From Squalus acanthias (lineage: Eukaryota): a DNA stretch of 64,000 nucleotides. The stretch is taken from the NCBI GenBank assembly GCA_030390025.1, contig CM059432.1, forward strand, positions 138,200,001 through 138,264,000, written 5' to 3'. Made by a program: the position numbers and the translations under genes. The notes below the pieces were generated by a model. The model saw only the letters and a list, made by a program, of their open reading frames with translations, was not told the DNA's origin and did not search any database. Every line of letters starts with the position of its first letter. Position 1 is the first letter of the stretch. This document shows, piece after piece, positions 60,476 through 64,000 of this stretch.

Positions 60476-60580
60476 GGGGGTGAAGTCGGTCTTTGCGAAC
60501 CTGCAGCTCGACTTACACCGCGCCCCCCGATTTTCGTTTCCATTTTGCAGTCGCCACTGGCAAAGACCAATTTCCTGCCC
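60476..60580. mobile_element. 105-bp Harbinger-type MITE
   Basis: Imperfect 21-bp TIR GGGGGTGAAGTCGGTCTTTGC / GCAAAGACCAATTTCCTGCCC; TSD ACT/ATT. Confidence 0.55.
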
Positions 60581-61012
60581 ATTGTCTCCAGTTATGCAGT
60601 GGGATTAGGTTGGTGTAGCTGGTTCAGTGTTGCTATCTGTTTTCCGAAAGCATGCAAAAGTAAGAATGCGACTGAATTTACCATTATGTCAATGAATCCA
60701 CGGCCATTCTAATTGATGAGCATTTTCAGATGCTCATTACCTCTGTTGGTTCCCCTAATTCATCCTTACTGACAGAGGAAGGCTGTAGTAGCTAGGACTC
60801 AGACACAAATTGAATTGCAAACATAAGTGCCGCAGAATTGAGCCATTTTGGGTTTTTTGTGCAAACGTATAATTTCCCAGCAATTCAGTTCATTTTGGTT
60901 TGAAAATGCCATTGTGCCTCCACTCTAATGTCAGATGTGGTTACAGCCATAGGTACCTTTTCATTGCCATTTTATTTTTGAAGTGAATAAAAACACTCTT
61001 GGCTGGCATGAG

Positions 61013-61838
61013 GGGCTGGATTTTATCAATGAGGACGTGCTGGAGGCGGGACTTCTGGTTTCCGGGTTTCAGTCCCGCCCCCAGCGACATCTGACCAACC
61101 CACGCTATTTTCCCTTGATTGGCATTGTTAAGCCCGCCCACCGGCTGATTAAGGGAATGCCGGTGACATATGACGTCAGCGTATGACGCTTCATCTGTCG
61201 AAAATTTTTGACAGATGAATTGTCAGCGTTTGACAGCTTTGAGAAGCTGTCAAACACTGACAATCTCTGTTCTAAGGTGAGCCCTTGCACTGGAGGCTCA
61301 CCAAGACATCTCTCCTCAGCAGAAATCAGATGGCTGCTGCATCTGAGAATGCAGCAGCCATTCTGTCATCTCTGCCGTTGAGATGAGGCACTTCTGGATC
61401 CTCAGAGGTTGAAGCCTGCAGGAAGAAGCAAAGGTAAGGAAACTTTTTCCAACACTTTACACATCACCTCTCATACTTACCTGTCCACACTTGCACCCAT
61501 CACTCACCTCTACATCTGACATGTCGACCCCTTTCACTCCCGCAGACCCACTGCTCGCCTGACTAACCCTGGCGAGGTTCGCAGCCATCGAGAAGCCCGC
61601 AATTGCAGGCGTAAAATGGGGAAAAGCCTCAAAACTGCCTGTTAACCAGCTGTTAACAGGCTCTAATCCCCTTCCCGCCTCGAGGAGACGGGTCTCTGCA
61701 CGACTCGGGGACCCGCCTCCCGGGAAGATGGTTCGGAGGCGGGTTGGGAGCGGGGTTGGAACCCGCTCCCAATTTTTCCAATTTTCCCAGCGGTCCCACC
61801 TCCAAACCCGCCTCCTCAGGACTGTTAAAATCTAGCCC
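61013..61838. mobile_element. Harbinger-type MITE (family A, copy 2, inverted relative to copy 1)
   Basis: TIR GGGCTGGATTTTA / TAAAATCTAGCCC, TSD GAG; homologous to 1618-2473. Confidence 0.85.
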
Positions 61839-61989
61839 GAGGTCTCTGAATCATAGTGGAGTTTATCTCTGCCCCCTTGTATTCAAGTTGCAAAATGCAT
61901 TACAACAGTGAATACACTTCAGTAGCAGTTAATTGGTTGTAAAGCGCTTTGGGACATCCTGAGGTTGTGAAAGGAACGATATAAATGCA

Positions 61990-62272
61990 GAATCACAGAA
62001 TCCCCACAGTGCAGATAGAGGCCATTTCGGCCCATCGAGCCTGCACCGACACATATCCCACCCTATCCCCGTATTTAATCCCCCCTAACACTAAGGGTCA
62101 ATTTATCATAGCCAAATCAACCTAACCCGCACATCTTTGGACCGTGGGAGGAAACCCACGCAGACACGGGGAGAATGTGCAAACTCCACACAGACAGTCT
62201 CCCGAGGCCGGATTCGAACCCGGGTCCCTGGCGCTGTGAGGCAATAGTGCTAACCACTATGCCACCGTGTTG
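61990..62272 (-). mobile_element. HE1-like V-SINE
   Basis: tRNA head, V-domain, tail 'GGCTCGATGGGCCGAAATGGCCTC..CTGCACTGTGGGGATTCT'. Confidence 0.8.
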
Positions 62273-62410
62273 CCTATTCTTTCTTTTTTTTTCAAAAAAA
62301 CTGTACCATACCTGATCATTTTAGATTTACAGCTTGTGTACATTACAGAGAGATAGAATCATAGAATGAAACAGCACAGAAGGAGGTCGTTCAGCCCATC
62401 TTGCCTGTGC

Positions 62411-62976
62411 TGCTGGTGCTCAAAGAAAAGGCAACTGTTCACCGTTGGCAGAATTTAAAGCGCTGGTTGAGGGAGAATAAACAAAGAGATTCCATACAGA
62501 TATTGGTCACCTTTTCATCTGGGATATAAAGTTGGATAGTGCTTGTTAGGGTAAAAATTATAGGGCTTAAAGCAACAATGTAAAATGTAAGTTAAAGCAG
62601 CAATGTGAAAGTTAAGGTAAATTCGTAAAGACAGAATGGTTTCACTGACACAGTGCGATGAGTAATGTCTGTGGTCAACATGCGTACGTGCGAGCCCAAT
62701 GTTTATAGTTTCGGTAGGGAAGTAAAAATATAGCTTAAAGGGCAGATTATAATTAGGAGCTGTTGCTGGGGGAATGTGATTGGGTGGAGACATTTGTATG
62801 TAATGAATTGCATATCCGACCCTATAATGTATAAAAGAAGTTTCGATACCACTGTAACGACGAGAAATGGATCACTAGACAGCGGGGTCTATGGCTCTTC
62901 TCCCAGCGCGCTCTGTTAAATAAATTGTGATCTTCTGCTTTGAGACAGACTCGAGTGAATTCATTTTTCACCAACA
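62411..62976 (+). mobile_element. Solo LTR (566 bp)
   Basis: TGCTGGTG..CACCAACA termini (7/8 inverted), 4-bp TSD GTGC (62407-62410, 62977-62980), TATAAAAG at 62830, AATAAA at 62919. Confidence 0.7.
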
Positions 62977-63158
62977 GTGCTCCACTAGCAATAACCTGTG
63001 CCATTGGGGGAGAGACGGGGAGGTTTAGGGAGGGAACTCCAGGGCTTAGGGCCTAGACGGCTGCCAATGGTGGGGCGAAGGAAGTGGGGGATGCTCCAGA
63101 GCTGGTGGAACACAGAGTTCTTTGAGGTTTGATGGGCTGGAGTCTGCACGCTATCATT

Positions 63159-63300
63159 GTGCGTACATGAGGAAACGGCATTGTGTACTATAAGCGTACG
63201 TACATGAGGCAGCTACACTGTATACAACCAATGTGCATACATGAGGCAACAGCACTGTGTCCTATAAGTGTACATATATAAGGCAGTAGGACTACATAAT
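63159..63300 (+). repeat. Degenerate ~37-bp minisatellite, about 4 units
   Basis: Recurrent GTRCRTACATGAGGCA..CACTGT motif. Confidence 0.7.
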
Positions 63301-63523
63301 TTCAGACGGTGGTGCTTCTACCCGACCCCTATCCAATTTGCCCTTTTGATTCCTTTGATGAATTTCTAAATCTAAAAGCCCTGCTATTTGCAGATAAGAA
63401 CTTCGCTAGTCCTTATTTAAGTCTGTCATTGTTTATTAATTCCACCCGCTTTGTTGATATTCTATCCCACAAGTTTATCACATTTTCATCAGTGAGTACC
63501 TGAAACCAAGGAGGTCTTAGGTT

Positions 63524-64000
63524 CAGGGCCAGCCTAAGGGAAAATGGTGCTCTGGGCAAACTTATATGTTGGCGCCTTTCATTGAGTTTGTATGTAGTAG
63601 TATTAGCCCAAGTTTCAGAAATAAAGCTGTAATCTCAAAAGTTTTTATAATTTAAATAATAAACAATATAAGTTATAAAAAATAACATTATCGCTTAGTG
63701 GCAAATAAACTAAACATTTAATTAAACACTAAACTAATAAATAACAATAACAAATAAAAAACTTTGTTCACCAAGATATTTTGAGCCACATCATTCTCGA
63801 CAGACAGGATGGCCAGCGAAGATAGCCTGTCGTGGTCCAGTCGCAAATATATTTTTATGAGCTTCAACTTCGAGAAGCTCCGTTCGCTGCTCACCATCGA
63901 TACGGGCATGGTTAACAGGATCCAGAGTGCTGTCCATGTGTCTGGGAACTTGCTCTTGAAACTTGAAGTTTGCTCTTCTTGACGAGCACTACGGTCCGTT
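63524..64000 (-). mobile_element. hAT DNA transposon 3' end with transposase C-terminal dimerisation-domain remnant
   Basis: FPDTWTALWILLTMPVSMVSSERSFSKLKLIKIYLR..RLSSLAILSVE; CAGGGCC terminus at 63524; continues beyond the window. Confidence 0.85.

Overview
Eukaryotic, repeat-saturated non-coding (intergenic or intronic) DNA, almost certainly from a cartilaginous fish (shark), judged from HE1-like V-SINEs, SacSINE1-like DeuSINEs and shark-type CR1/L2 LINEs. I found no recognisable host protein-coding gene, rRNA, true tRNA or CRISPR array, and all long ORFs belong to decayed transposable elements. Contents: many CR1 LINE pieces (one nearly complete ORF2 at 3.4-6.6 kb); a second jockey/CR1-group LINE family; L2 3' ends; about ten DeuSINEs; two HE1-like SINEs; a full-length but dead Gypsy element (13839-18926) with ~120-bp LTRs and a tRNA-Ser PBS; a solo LTR; Penelope-like fragments carrying minimal hammerhead-ribozyme motifs; a set of PIF/Harbinger-type non-autonomous elements with 3-bp TSDs, one retaining remnants of both the transposase and Myb/trihelix genes; hAT MITEs and a hAT transposase end; and faint L1 fossils. 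The most interesting observations are the hammerhead motifs, the Harbinger deletion series, a SINE with an alternative LINE tail, and two apparent locally templated insertions. I see no evidence for a wholly new biological system. Family names come from motif recognition by eye, not from database searches, and boundaries without a stated TSD or TIR are approximate.
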